From contig CAWDML010000001.1 in the NCBI GenBank assembly GCA_963803435.1, forward strand, positions 2,432,001-2,496,000: a DNA stretch of 64,000 nucleotides. The letters run 5' to 3'. A program made the translations under genes and the position numbers. The DNA comes from an uncultured delta proteobacterium (lineage in GTDB: Bacteria; Myxococcota; Kuafuiibacteriia; Kuafuiibacteriales; Kuafuiibacteriaceae). The notes under the pieces are model-generated. The model ran no database searches, was not told the DNA's origin, and worked only from the letters and a program-made list of their open reading frames with translations. Below are positions 36,879 through 47,306 of this stretch, one piece after another. Numbering within the stretch: the stretch's first letter is position 1; each line of letters begins with the position of its first letter.

Positions 36879-39800
36879 ATGAAGAACGTCGCATTGCTCG
36901 TCTTCGTGTGTCTGCTCTCGCCCGACATCGCGGCTGCCGGCGACCCGAAAGGCACCGTTCGAGTGCCCCTCGACGCGTATCAACAGCTGGTGCGCGCGAG
37001 CCAGCAGGACGATGACGCTGCCAGCGGGAAGTTCGCGCTCGGAGAGGCGACCGCGACCGTGGAGCTGGCCGAGAACGGCATCGCCGAGGTGCAGGTCGAG
37101 CTGACGGTGCGGATCCTCGATGCGCGGTGGACGCTGGTGCCGCTGCTCCCGGCGGGGACGGCGCTGATCGGCGCCACCGACCAGGGCAGCCCGACCCAGC
37201 TGGTGGTGGGCGCGTCCGGGCTGGCCTTCGGATCGAACCAAGCGGGGGAGCATCGGATCGCGCTGACGTATCGAGCGCAGGTGAGCGGCTCGGGCGACGG
37301 GCGGTTGCTCGCGCTCCCGCTTCCGGCGGCGACGGGGACCCAGCTGTCGGCGACGCTCCCCGGCTCGGGGATCGAGGTGGCGGTGATCCCGTCCGCCTCG
37401 TTCTCGACCGAGAGCGACGGGGGGACGACGACGATCTCGGCGACGCTGCCGAGCACCGCGGGGGTCCAGATCTCCTGGAAACCGCCGGCCCGCAATGGTT
37501 ACGCCATCAGCCGCGCCAGCTATCAGGGCGAGCTCATCGGCGACGCGATCGCCTGGAACGCGGTGCTCGACGCCGAGGTGTTCGGCAGCGACGCGGTGCT
37601 GCCGCTGTTCCCCAAGGGCACGACGCTGAGCGGCGTCACGGTCGACGGAAAGTCGGCGACCGTGCTGAGCGAGGGCGACACGTTCGCGACGCTCTTGAAG
37701 GGACGCGGCCGGCACCGGATCGAGATCCAGCTCGAGACGCCGGTGACGCGGGACTCGGGGCCGCCGCGGGTCGACCTGAGCATCCCCGAGATCCCGATCT
37801 CGCGCTTCGACCTCAGGCTCCCCGGGAAGAAGGAGCTCGCCGTCGAGCCGGCCGCCAACGTGCGCCTGCGGTTCGAGAAGAACGCGACACTGGCCACGAT
37901 CCAGGCGCCGATGACCAGCCAGCTCCAGCTCACCTGGACCGAGGCGGTGCCCGAGGAGGTCGAGGAGGACGTCCGCGCCAACGCGACGATCTACCACGCC
38001 ATCCACGCCGAGGAGGGCGTGCTGCACGGGCGCGCCACGATCGCGTTCGAGGTGACGCGCGGGAAGACCAGCGTGGTCCGCTTCTCGGTCCCCGACGATG
38101 TGCAGATCAACAGGATCACGGCGGACAACGCCTCGGTAACGGACTGGCGGACCACCAAGAGCGGCCGGTCGATCGAGGTGAGCGCGTTCCTCGATCGCAA
38201 GCTCTCGGGCGCGGTGAAGTTCGAGGTACAGTACGAGCGCCTCGGCGGCACCGGCCCGGACGCCGCCGACATCATGGCGGTACCGCTCCTCTCGATGCTG
38301 GACGTCCACCGCCAGCGCGGCATGGTCGCCCTGCTCTCTTCGGCCGAGCTGGCGCTCAAGCCCACCGAGCAGAAGAACCTCTCGCGGGTCGGTGAGAACC
38401 AGCTCCCGGACTTCTTCCGGAGCACGCTGGAGATGACGGTGGCGCACACCTTCAAGTACGCCGACGCGGCGGGCGTGAAGCTGTCGGTGCAGGCGGTGCC
38501 GCCGGAGCACAAGGACGCGAAGTTCGACGCCGAGGTCGACACCTTGCTCTCGCTAGCGGACGTCACCATGAAGGGATCGGCGACCGTCCGCATCAACGTG
38601 AAGTCGGGAAAGATGGAGGTGCTGCGCCTGGAGCTGCCGCCCGACGTCACCCTGCTGAACCTGAGCGCGCCCTCGAAGCGGGCCCACACCACGAAGCTCG
38701 AGGATGGCGTCCAGCACATCGACCTCCACTTCACGCAGGAAATGGAGGGCGAGTTCCCCGTCGACCTGGAGTACGAGCGGATCATCCTCGGCCGAGGAGC
38801 GACAGACCACGGTGCCGGTGGTGCGCGTCGAGGGTGCGGAGCCGGAGCAGGGTCGGATCGCGGTCGAAGCGTTGACCGCGGTCGAGGTCAGGGCCTCGAC
38901 CACCAAGAACCTGTCGACCGTCGATGTCACCGAGCTCCCGCAGCAGCTCGTGCTCAAGACGCGGAACCCGATCCGGCTGGCCTACAAGTACGTGCAGGCG
39001 GACCACGAGCTGGGCCTCGAGATCACGCGACACCGGGAGCTCGAGACGCAGATCGCGACCATCGAGCAGGCGCACTACCGAACGCTGTTCACCCGCGACG
39101 GGCTGGCGGTCACCACGGTGACGTTCATGGTGAAGAACAGCCGCAAGCAGTTCCTCGAGATCTGCCTCCCCGAAGAGACGGAGATCTCGGTCGGTCTTCG
39201 TCGACGGCAAGCCGGAGAAGCCGGCGGTCGACGAGCGGACCGAAGAGGATCCCCTGCCGTGCAAGTCCCTCAGCGTGCTGGTGAAGGTGATCAACTCGGC
39301 GCAAGGGTTCCCGGTCGAGATGGTCTACAAGACGAAGACCGCCGAGATCGGCAGCATCGGCACGGTGAGCGCGGCGCTCCCCCGACCCGACATGGTCGTG
39401 ACCGAGTCGCAGTGGGACGTGTTCCTGCCCGAAGGCGTCACGTATCGAGCCCCGGAGACCAACATGCGGCTGGTCGTCGACGGACGCGAGGTGGGGCCGG
39501 AGGCGCTCGCAGAGGCGGCCGGGCAGGACAACAACCAGCTCCGCATCTCGGTGCCGATGGCCGGCATCCAGTACTCGTTCGCGAAGCTCTACGCGAATCA
39601 AGGCGAGGACGCGGCCCGGTTCTCCATCCCCTACGCGTCCGGCGGCGGCCAGGGCCTGGCGGGGCTGCTGGCGCTCCTCGGGACAGCGATGTTCTGGGCT
39701 GGCGCGTTCTTCCTGGTCCGGCGGCATGATCGGATCCCGCTGCGTCACGCGGGCGGCGCGGTGGCGGCCGGCGTGGTGATCACGACGTTCGCGGTGCACT

Positions 39801-39913
39801 TCTTCGGCGCCAGCGGCGGCACGGTGATCGTCACCTCCCTCGCCGCGGCGGCGGCCATCGGGATCTGGATCTGGGCAGCGCGCCCGTGGCTCGCGGTGAA
39901 GCGCTCCGGATAG
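36879..39913 (+). CDS. Large exported beta-rich protein with C-terminal TM helices (~1010 aa); frameshifts at ~38787 and ~39188
   Basis: Signal peptide; three consecutive frames join by removing single extra Cs (IISAEER; EIWSVFVDGKP); 3 hydrophobic C-terminal segments. Confidence 0.75.
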
Positions 39914-39916
39914 CGC

Positions 39917-40285
39917 TCAGGGCTTCAAGACGCGCACCCTGACCTTCGCGACGCCCCGCTTGCCGTACACGCCCAGCTTCTCGGCCACCGAGCGGGACAT
40001 GTCGATGATGCGCCCCTTCACATAGGGACCCCGATCGTTGATCACGCACCGCGCGGTCCGTCCGGTCCGCAGGTCCTCGATCTCGACCTCAGCGCCGAAG
40101 CGCAGCGTCCGGTGGGCGCAGGTGTCCTGGTTTGGATCGTAGCGCGCGCCGCTCGCCGTTCGATGACCGGCGAGGCTCTCGTGGTAGTACGAAGCGACGC
40201 CCTCCGAGGTGGAGCCTGCGCCGCCGCTCCGACAGGCCACCGCCGCGAGCGCCAGCGTGGGGAGGATGATGTCGAGCGCGCGCAT
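39917..40285 (-). CDS. rlpA: RlpA-family (DPBB) lytic transglycosylase lipoprotein
   Basis: AAVAC lipobox, GVASYY, TASG, AHRTLRFG and INDRGPY..GRIIDMS. Confidence 0.93.
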   Translation of the reverse strand: MRALDIILPTLALAAVACRSGGAGSTSEGVASYYHESLAGHRTASGARYDPNQDTCAHRTLRFGAEVEIEDLRTGRTARCVINDRGPYVKGRIIDMSRSVAEKLGVYGKRGVAKVRVRVLKP

Positions 40286-40394
40286 CGGCCATCCGATCAT
40301 CCCGCTCGACGGCTTGCGCGCAAGTCGCTGCTCGCGAGGACGCAATCGGTTGCGCACGCCCGCGGTGTGACGACGTTCTCCCCGTTCGATGGCC

Positions 40395-40410
40395 TGGCAC
40401 GCGTGCTGCT
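40395..40410 (+). promoter_or_regulatory. Putative sigma54 (-24/-12) promoter
   Basis: TGGCAC-GCGTG-CTGCT with GG-N10-GC spacing before ATG 40423; a small inverted repeat CGCAA-TCGG-TTGCG lies at 40341-40354. Confidence 0.5.
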
Positions 40411-40422
40411 GAGGTCCCACGC

Positions 40423-40872
40423 ATGATCCGCATCGCCGCCGCCACCACCCTCGCACTTGCGCTCACGGTGCCCGCCTCGTACGCAGGCGCCTCCTCCAAG
40501 CGCTCGCCGCTGTTCGAACGTCCCTCGCACGAGACCGAGCTCTCGCTGGATCGCTGGGAGACCACGGCCGTCGTCGAGCGAACGCGGACCGCCGGTCACA
40601 AGTACGCCGTCTTCCATGCGGACCCGCAGGACATTGCACCCGGCGCCGTGCTCGTCTTCCAGGCCGAGTCCGAAGGTCAGGTTCGCTGGCGCTGCGTCGC
40701 CGTCGACGACGTCGCCGAGTGCCTCGGGAAGCCCGTTCGAGTCGCATATCGCCAGAAGGACGAGACGGTGCGGTTGACCGTCAAGGCCGTCCCCGAGAAC
40801 TCGGCCCACGGCAAGGCGCTGGTGCGGGAGGCCAGGGAGTCCCGCGCCGACGCGCTCGTTGCGCGCGGCTGA
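40423..40872 (+). CDS. Hypothetical secreted protein
   Basis: Signal peptide ending ASYA, two Cys, genome-like codon usage. Confidence 0.7.
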   Translation: MIRIAAATTLALALTVPASYAGASSKRSPLFERPSHETELSLDRWETTAVVERTRTAGHKYAVFHADPQDIAPGAVLVFQAESEGQVRWRCVAVDDVAECLGKPVRVAYRQKDETVRLTVKAVPENSAHGKALVREARESRADALVARG

Positions 40873-40899
40873 GCCGAATGTTTGCTGTACACTCGGTGC

Positions 40900-41460
40900 A
40901 TGCGCGCATGTGTGTTGCTGGCACCGGGGTTCGAAGAGGTGGAGGCGGTCACCGTCATCGACGTCCTGAGACGCGGTGAGATCGACACCGAGATCCTGGG
41001 TGTCGAGGATACCCAGGTCGAGGGCTCGCATCGGATCACGGTCCAGGCCGATCGCACGCTGGCGGACGCGCTCGACGACACCTGGGATCTGGTCGTGCTG
41101 CCGGGTGGCATGCCGGGCGCCGCGAACCTCCGGGACAGCGACCTGGTGCAGCGCTTCCTGGTCCAGGCGGACCGCTCGGGCGCTCGCATCGGCGCGATCT
41201 GCGCGGCGCCGATCGCCCTGGCCCGTGCCCATCTACTCGATGGAAAAGAGGCGACCTCCTACCCGGCATTCGAGGGGCACCTGACGGAGGCGCGCTATCG
41301 ACACGAGCGGGTGGTGGTGGACGGACGGCTCGTGACCAGTCGCGCCGTCGGGACGGCGCTCGACTTCGCGCTGGAGCTGGTCGCTCTTCTGCGCGATCAG
41401 GCGGCGGCCGACGAGCTGGCGGAGCGCATGCTCCACGAGCGGCGCCAGTCGAGACGGTAG
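40900..41460 (+). CDS. DJ-1/PfpI-family protein (YajL/ThiJ-like)
   Basis: GFEEVEAV, LPGGMPGA, AICAAP, ATSYP and VVVDG.LVTSR. Confidence 0.95.
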   Translation: MRACVLLAPGFEEVEAVTVIDVLRRGEIDTEILGVEDTQVEGSHRITVQADRTLADALDDTWDLVVLPGGMPGAANLRDSDLVQRFLVQADRSGARIGAICAAPIALARAHLLDGKEATSYPAFEGHLTEARYRHERVVVDGRLVTSRAVGTALDFALELVALLRDQAAADELAERMLHERRQSRR

Positions 41461-42377
41461 GCGAGCAGCGCGATCACGGTCAGCACCCCGAGCAGCACGC
41501 TCCCGAGCCAGAGGTGGGCGATCTGGAGCCAGGGCGGAAACGCGAGGGTCGCCATCCCGATACCCGCGCCCGCCTGCGCGAACACCAGTGCCGCCGCCAC
41601 CACGGCGGCGCCCCGAAGCCAGCGGTCCGGCTCCACCCTGGTGAAGATCCACCAGGCGAGGGCCAGCACCGCCAGGCCCGTCAGCACCGCGAAGTTCTTG
41701 TGAACGATCGCGAGCGGGCCGGCGCCGCCGAGCCAGAGCTCGCGCGGGACCTGACCCGCCTCGGCGACGAGCTGGACCTCGCCGCGGACGGCCGCGCCCA
41801 GTCCGCTCTGGAGGAGCGCCACCGCGGTCACGCCCAGCGTGGCGCGCCCCAGCCAGATGCGGTCGGTGGAGAGATCGCGCCGCACGCCGTCCGGAAAGAA
41901 CGCGCTGACCGTCGCATAGAGGAGGAGGCTCACCACCAGGAGCGCGAACACCAGGTGGACGGTGAGCACCAGGGGCTCGAGCTCGGAGCGCACCACTTGA
42001 CCTCCGATCCATCCCTCGACGCCCACCAGGACGAACGCGGCCGCCGTCGACCAGAGGACGCGGCGTGAACGCCGGTGATCGAGGATGGCGAGGACGAGCG
42101 TGCCGAAGATGAGAAAGCCGACCGTCACACCGGTGAGCCGATTGAAGTACTCGATCCAGGCCTTGGTGAAGTTGAAGAGGGCGGGATCGATCTCCTTGGG
42201 CACCTGCGAGACATCGACGGGCGGGATCCAGCGGCCGAAGCACTTCGGCCAGTCCGGGCAGCCGAGCCCGGACCCGGACGCGCGGACCAGGCCGCCGATG
42301 CCGATCAAGAGATAGGTCGCCACCGTGGTGACCAGCGCGAGGCGCTGGAAGCGGTCGAGGCTCCGTCCGACGCGCAC
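41397..42377 (-). CDS. ctaA: Heme A synthase COX15/CtaA family
   Basis: GGLVRASGSGLGCPDWPKC, WIEYFNR, conserved His residues and ~8 TMs; short convergent overlap with the DJ-1 gene. Confidence 0.9.
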   Translation of the reverse strand: MRVGRSLDRFQRLALVTTVATYLLIGIGGLVRASGSGLGCPDWPKCFGRWIPPVDVSQVPKEIDPALFNFTKAWIEYFNRLTGVTVGFLIFGTLVLAILDHRRSRRVLWSTAAAFVLVGVEGWIGGQVVRSELEPLVLTVHLVFALLVVSLLLYATVSAFFPDGVRRDLSTDRIWLGRATLGVTAVALLQSGLGAAVRGEVQLVAEAGQVPRELWLGGAGPLAIVHKNFAVLTGLAVLALAWWIFTRVEPDRWLRGAAVVAAALVFAQAGAGIGMATLAFPPWLQIAHLWLGSVLLGVLTVIALLAYRLDWRRSWSMRSASSSAAA

Positions 42378-42437
42378 CGGTTCGGGTTAGGGGCGACGTC
42401 CAGACATGGCAACTGCTTTCGTGGTACGAGGCACGGC

Positions 42438-43370
42438 GTGCGGTGGCTGGCCGTCCCGGCACTTCTCCTGCTCGGCTGCAACGGCGACATCCTGCCGATC
42501 CAGCTCCCCGGCTCGCAGTTTTTCATCGAAGCCGGCCGGCTCCCGGGCGCCATGCAACAAGTGCGGGTCGGGTTGAGCGAGCCGATCGCCGCCGGTGGTG
42601 GGACCGATCCGCTGCTGCTCGAGCGCCAGGACGGTGGATGGGTCCCCCTCGTGCCGCCCGACGCGTGGAGCGGGCCGATCCTCGACGTCGCGGTGGTCGG
42701 GAGCACTCTCTTCCTCAGCGGTGAGGACGGCCAGCTCGCCACCGGAGGTCGAACGGGACTGGAGATGATCGCGGCGGACGACGCCGAGGGGACATCGCTC
42801 CGCGCGCTCCTCGCCCGCGCCGACGACGACGTCTTCATCGCGGGTGACGGCGGGCTCTTCCACTTCGACGGGAGCACCGTACGCCGAGTGGAGACCACCT
42901 CGATCGCCGCGTCCCAGGACTTCTACGCCCTGTGGGCTGGCGGCACGACCATCTTCGCCGGGGGCGCGGAGGGTGTCGTCCTGACGATCGGCGGCACGGA
43001 GGCGACCGCGACGCAGACCGGGACCGTCGCGACGATCCGAGCGCTGCACGGACGATCGCGCACCGACCTCTATGCGGTGGGCGGCGATCAACGCGCCGCA
43101 GTGCTCAAGTGGGATGGAGAGGCCTGGAGCGACCTGGCGCTCCCTTTCATGCCGCCGCTGCGCGCTGTCTTTGCAGGGAGCGCGGGCGTGTGGGTGGCCG
43201 GGTATGAGGGCTACCTGGCGAGATGGGACGGCGAGCGCTGGATCGAGCTCGCCACGCCCTGGATCGTCCCGATCACAGGCACGCTCGAGCGCGACGGTGA
43301 GCTGTATCTGACCGGAGGCAACATCGACGATCCCTCCGCGTCGGGCTTCGTGGCGCGCTACGGCGACTGA
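42438..43370 (+). CDS. Hypothetical lipoprotein with beta-propeller-like repeats
   Basis: LLLLGC lipobox; repeats such as HFDGS, KWDGEAW, RWDGERW and LYAVGG. Confidence 0.8.
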   Translation: MRWLAVPALLLLGCNGDILPIQLPGSQFFIEAGRLPGAMQQVRVGLSEPIAAGGGTDPLLLERQDGGWVPLVPPDAWSGPILDVAVVGSTLFLSGEDGQLATGGRTGLEMIAADDAEGTSLRALLARADDDVFIAGDGGLFHFDGSTVRRVETTSIAASQDFYALWAGGTTIFAGGAEGVVLTIGGTEATATQTGTVATIRALHGRSRTDLYAVGGDQRAAVLKWDGEAWSDLALPFMPPLRAVFAGSAGVWVAGYEGYLARWDGERWIELATPWIVPITGTLERDGELYLTGGNIDDPSASGFVARYGD

Positions 43371-43460
43371 GGCGATCGTCGGCGTCGTAGCACCCAGCCC
43401 CAGCTCGCGCAGAGTCTCCTTCCCTCCACGCCCGGCCCGTTCTTTGCGGGTTCTGGTCGG

Positions 43461-44120
43461 ATGCGCACAATGACTGCTGGGACGATCGCGATCGGCGTCC
43501 TCGGAATGCTCGGCTGCCGGACCGGCGCGTACTACAGCGCGATGGACAAGGTCGGCTACGAACGGCGGGAGATCCTGGCGGATCGGCTCCAGGACGCCCG
43601 GGCCAGCCAGCTGGAGGCGAAGGAGCAGCTGGGCCGCGCCCTCTCGTCTCTCCGCCGGATCGACACCGTACCGGTGAGCGGGCTCGAAGATCTGCACGCC
43701 GATCTGAAACACCAGGCCGGCGATACGAAGGACGCGCTCAACGATCTCCGGAGCAACATCGCCAGCGTCGACAGCGTAGCGCGCTCGATGTTCTCGCAGT
43801 GGGGCGACGACCTGGCCAGGATCAACGACGACACGGTGCGGCGCCAGAGCGCGGCGAAGATGCGTGAGACCCAGCAGGACTACAACCAGCTGAGCGCGTC
43901 GCTTCGAGATACCGAGCACCGTCTCGCGAACGTGGTCCCCGCGCTCCAGGATCAGGTAATCGTCCTCGAGACCAGCTTGAGGGCCGGAATCAGGCCGGGG
44001 AAGACGGCGACGCTCCAAGAGGTGCGCGACCAGGTGTCCAGCCTGATCGAGGATCTCCAGGGCTCGATCGATCGCACGCAGCACTTCATCGACGCGCGGG
44101 CCGGTCGTGCCTCGGCTTAG
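43461..44120 (+). CDS. DUF2959-family coiled-coil lipoprotein
   Basis: LGC lipobox; [19 protein letters not shown]...AR.SQ.EAKEQ and F.QW motifs. Confidence 0.85.
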   Translation: MRTMTAGTIAIGVLGMLGCRTGAYYSAMDKVGYERREILADRLQDARASQLEAKEQLGRALSSLRRIDTVPVSGLEDLHADLKHQAGDTKDALNDLRSNIASVDSVARSMFSQWGDDLARINDDTVRRQSAAKMRETQQDYNQLSASLRDTEHRLANVVPALQDQVIVLETSLRAGIRPGKTATLQEVRDQVSSLIEDLQGSIDRTQHFIDARAGRASA

Positions 44121-44230
44121 CAAGTCGGCTTGCAAACCTTTCGTCGCGGCCGATCACCGCGTGGCGGCCTTGCATGAGGAGTCCAACTCGATTGTCGATC
44201 GTCACGACAGGCGTTCAGAGTGAAGGAACC

Positions 44231-44800
44231 ATGATGACCAAGTTGCACGCGGATTGGATGCGCCACGATCGTCGAGTGTCCAATCCTGCGCTCTGGATGC
44301 TCGCGGTGTATCGCTATGGGCGGTGGGTCGCGGAGCTGGGCGCGCCGGCGCGCTGGATCGGCGGGAAGATCTACGGCGCGATGAACCTCGCGATCGAGCT
44401 CGCGACGGGCTCGTCGATCCCCCGTGAAGCAACGGTCGGCGACGCGGTGCATCTGGTCCACTACTTCGACATCCGCATCCACCCGGACGCCGTGATCGGA
44501 GATCGCGTGGGCATCATGCACGACGTCACCATCGGGACCTCGATGAGCCGCCACGGCGCGCCCAGGATCGGCAACGACGTCTTCATCGGAACCGGCGCCA
44601 AGATCCTCGGCCCGGTGCGCATCGGCGACGGCGCCGTCATCGCCCCCAACTCGGTCGTCCTGTCCGACGTCCCGCCCGGCGCCACCGCGATCGGCGTCCC
44701 GGCCCGCGTGCTTCGCCTCGACGGTCTGATGCAGAAGCCCGCCGAAGCGGACAAGGTCACCGACATCAGCGAGCGCTTGAGCGAACGCCGCGCTCAGTAG
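44231..44800 (+). CDS. Serine O-acetyltransferase-like hexapeptide acetyltransferase
   Basis: [32 protein letters not shown] and [16 protein letters not shown]. Confidence 0.9.
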   Translation: MMTKLHADWMRHDRRVSNPALWMLAVYRYGRWVAELGAPARWIGGKIYGAMNLAIELATGSSIPREATVGDAVHLVHYFDIRIHPDAVIGDRVGIMHDVTIGTSMSRHGAPRIGNDVFIGTGAKILGPVRIGDGAVIAPNSVVLSDVPPGATAIGVPARVLRLDGLMQKPAEADKVTDISERLSERRAQ

Positions 44801-44866
44801 CCCCGGCCATCCCCCGTCGGACGATCGCCGGAGCGCCGTCCGAGACGTGTCGCCGATAACACCACA

Positions 44867-45688
44867 GTGGAGGTCGGCTCCGCACCGAAGGGCTCGAGCG
44901 CCCTCATCCTGCCCTATCGGGACGGGCCTGCGCGCGAGGAGCGGCCACGCCCGCGGATCCTCCACGCGCCTTCACCCGTTCTCCCCCTCCGCTCGGACTC
45001 CCTTCAACCGCCGTACATCAGCCAGCGCACGCCCGAGGGCGCCGGTCCGGACTTCGACGGCAGCGCCAGCTGCGGGCCGGCCTGCATGGCGATGATCGCC
45101 CGGGTGCTCGGCTACGGCCGCGCGCTCGACGACCATCAGCTCGTCGTCCACCTCGGAGCGATCGGGAGCACGAACCTCGAATTCGGCACCGAGGTCGCCG
45201 GCATGGTCGCGATGGCCTCGGCGATGGGACGGGGTTGCCTGGTGCGCCCGGGCGACGACCTGGCGTGGATGCGAGGCGCGCTCCGGAGCGGCGGCGTGGT
45301 GGTGGCGAACGGCGAGTACTACGTGATGCCGCCGCACGAAGATCCGGATACCCGCGAGGGACACTTCGTGCTCGTGTACGGCCTGGAACACAACGGCGAC
45401 TTTCGGGTGCACGATCCCGAGGATCCGGCCGTCCGCACCGTCAAGCCCGCAGACATGGCGCGCTTTCTCCGCGAACACGACAAGGGCGGGTTCCAGCTCG
45501 CGGTGGAGATCGCACCAGCCCTGTCCAGCCTGGAGCGCTCGCTCATCTGGCGCCCGGGCCGGGACTACGGCGTGGGGATGAACGCCTGGAGACCGCACCG
45601 GACGAAGCGGCTCGTCACGTCGGCCGCCGGCGTGCCGGCGGACAGGCGCAGGTACAGGGTCCCGGTGCTGGTCGGTACGAAGGACTGA
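44867..45688 (+). CDS. C39-like cysteine peptidase domain protein (ends uncertain)
   Basis: PYISQ, SCGPACMAM, GHFVLVYG and VHDP; the 3' end overlaps the convergent gene by ~120 nt. Confidence 0.75.
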   Translation: MEVGSAPKGSSALILPYRDGPAREERPRPRILHAPSPVLPLRSDSLQPPYISQRTPEGAGPDFDGSASCGPACMAMIARVLGYGRALDDHQLVVHLGAIGSTNLEFGTEVAGMVAMASAMGRGCLVRPGDDLAWMRGALRSGGVVVANGEYYVMPPHEDPDTREGHFVLVYGLEHNGDFRVHDPEDPAVRTVKPADMARFLREHDKGGFQLAVEIAPALSSLERSLIWRPGRDYGVGMNAWRPHRTKRLVTSAAGVPADRRRYRVPVLVGTKD

Positions 45689-46908
45689 ATCAGCGCGCCG
45701 GTCGGCCCTTCCTCATCGCTCACCAGGACGGCGTCCCCCCGGTCGCGAAGCTCGACGGAGAGCCCACGCACGCCCGAGCCCGAGCTCTCCGCGCCGCACG
45801 CGACCGAGACCGCCTCGTTCATCCTGATCTCGAACGAGAAGTAGTCGACGTCGGTCCCGCTCAGCCTCGCCAGGATGAACGACTGGCGAACCGTGCCCGA
45901 CACCGCCTCGGCCAGGGCCTCCGCCGTCGCGAGCGTGTTGTTGGGCTCGCCCCGCTCGAGCGGGTTCTCGACGAAGAGCCGCGGTTTAAGGACGTAGAAG
46001 TCGTTCGCTCCCACCGCCGTCGCGGGATGCGCGATCCACATCAGGTACTCGCCGGGGTTGACCGGCGGCCCCAGCGAGTCGTTCCCCACCGACTGATCGA
46101 CGGCCGCGATCGTCTGCGTGTTGGCGAGGTCGGTCAGCCAGACCTTGCCGGCCGGCGACGTCGAGCCCTGTCCGGTGGTCCCCGCCGGAAGGATGTCGAC
46201 GCTGTAGTCCACGGTCGTGCTGGAGGCGACCCGGATCCGGTAGACGTCGACGTCGTCCGCATCGCGGAAGGTGCCGAGAATGACGCCGAGCTCGTCCTGC
46301 ACAGCGCTCGCGGCGTCGTCGCCGTTCTCCGGGTCGACCACCACGCCGCTGGTGGCGTCGTCCCAGAGGGGGGCGCGCAGCGAGTAGGTGAACTCGGGGC
46401 CTCCAACGGGCGTCTCGCCCGCCCACGTCGAGTACTCCTGGACCCGAACGAAGTAGGTGCCGTCTGCGGGCACGTGAAAGTTGATCTCGGAGTCCGTGAT
46501 GTGCGGGACCACGATCTCGTCATCGTTCTCCGCGATCTGGTTCATGTCCGCGTCAAACAGCGTGATCACGGGATCGACCGGGCTGCCGCCGCTGCGCGTG
46601 ATGATGCGGACCCACTGTCCCGCCGTGGCGGTGAACTGGAACAGATCGACGTCCCCCGGCGGATCGATCGCTTCGGCTTCTCCGTAGGGATCGCCGACCT
46701 CGACGACGATCGCCTCCTCGACGCCCGAGTCGCGGACACCGGTGTCGCGCACGCCGCTGTCCGGGACACCGGTGTCGGCGACCCCGCCGTCGTACGTCCC
46801 CGTGTCCTTGGTACCGGTGTCGGTGTTGCCGTCGGAGTCGTCGTCGCTGCCCTTGCAGGCCGGCGTGTAGAGCGTGGCGATGGACAGGGCGAGGAGCAGG
46901 CGGCGCAT
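45565..46908 (-). CDS. Lipoprotein with pre-peptidase C-terminal (PPC)-like domains
   Basis: TPAC lipobox-like leader; GDVDLFQF, DPVITLFD, AENDD, EPNNTLATA and DVDYFSF. Confidence 0.8.
   Translation of the reverse strand: MRRLLLALSIATLYTPACKGSDDDSDGNTDTGTKDTGTYDGGVADTGVPDSGVRDTGVRDSGVEEAIVVEVGDPYGEAEAIDPPGDVDLFQFTATAGQWVRIITRSGGSPVDPVITLFDADMNQIAENDDEIVVPHITDSEINFHVPADGTYFVRVQEYSTWAGETPVGGPEFTYSLRAPLWDDATSGVVVDPENGDDAASAVQDELGVILGTFRDADDVDVYRIRVASSTTVDYSVDILPAGTTGQGSTSPAGKVWLTDLANTQTIAAVDQSVGNDSLGPPVNPGEYLMWIAHPATAVGANDFYVLKPRLFVENPLERGEPNNTLATAEALAEAVSGTVRQSFILARLSGTDVDYFSFEIRMNEAVSVACGAESSGSGVRGLSVELRDRGDAVLVSDEEGPTGALIQSFVPTSTGTLYLRLSAGTPAADVTSRFVRCGLQAFIPTP
46717..46821 (-). repeat. Seven tandem 15-nt units encoding D[TSG]Gxx pentapeptides
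   Basis: DTGTK DTGTY DGGVA DTGVP DSGVR DTGVR DSGVE linker after the lipobox. Confidence 0.85.
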
Positions 46909-46945
46909 CGGGGCGAATCTGACCCGATCAACCGATTGGAGCAAG

Positions 46946-47291
46946 TCAGTCGGCGCGTTCCTCGATGATCGCCTCGATCAGGGCCCGGGAGTCCTCGTCG
47001 AAGTTCACGAACTCCACTCCGATCCCCTGGGGATTCGGGCCGGTGGACGGGTTCACGCGGATCACCCGGCCCAGCCCCTCGAATCAGCTTGGTACCGTCC
47101 TTGAGGGCGAACTGGAGATAGACCATCGAGCCCTCCTCTCGGGCATCGTCGGTCCGGATGAACATTCCGCCCGCCGAGATGTCCGAGGCGTACTCGGACA
47201 TGAACTCTTCGAAGGTGTCGAAGCGATACTGGATGAGGAGGTTGAGCGGCACGCGAGGATAGCGGCGCCGCTCGACGCCGGGAGCAGTCAT
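46946..47291 (-). CDS. PilZ-domain protein, myxobacterial TIGR02266 type; frameshift at ~47083
   Basis: ERRRYPRVP and DISAGGMFI; removing one base at GAATC 47081-47085 gives IEGLGRVIRVN...GIGVEFV and a stop at 46946. Confidence 0.88.
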
Positions 47292-47306
47292 CGCGGCGAG
47301 TCTATC

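Noticed and set aside
34668-38510. Very long antisense or alternative-frame ORFs (e.g. 1280 aa here; also 28742-31543 and 8881-11349)
   Set aside because: They are shadows of real genes in high-GC DNA: Arg/Pro/Gly-rich, without motifs, and fully overlapping recognisable CDSs.
40900-41460. ThiJ-like gene as part of a thiamine cluster with thiC
   Set aside because: It is 11 kb away, and the DJ-1/YajL family is not a thiamine biosynthetic enzyme despite the historical name.
41397-41460. Convergent 3' overlaps (DJ-1/ctaA; also 45565-45688) as antisense regulation
   Set aside because: Stop codons are scarce at this GC content and indel errors are common in this sequence, so run-on tails are expected.
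46717-46821. 15-nt periodic repeat as a CRISPR-like or regulatory array
   Set aside because: It is an in-frame, degenerate D[TS]G linker common in myxobacterial lipoproteins, with no spacers or cas genes.
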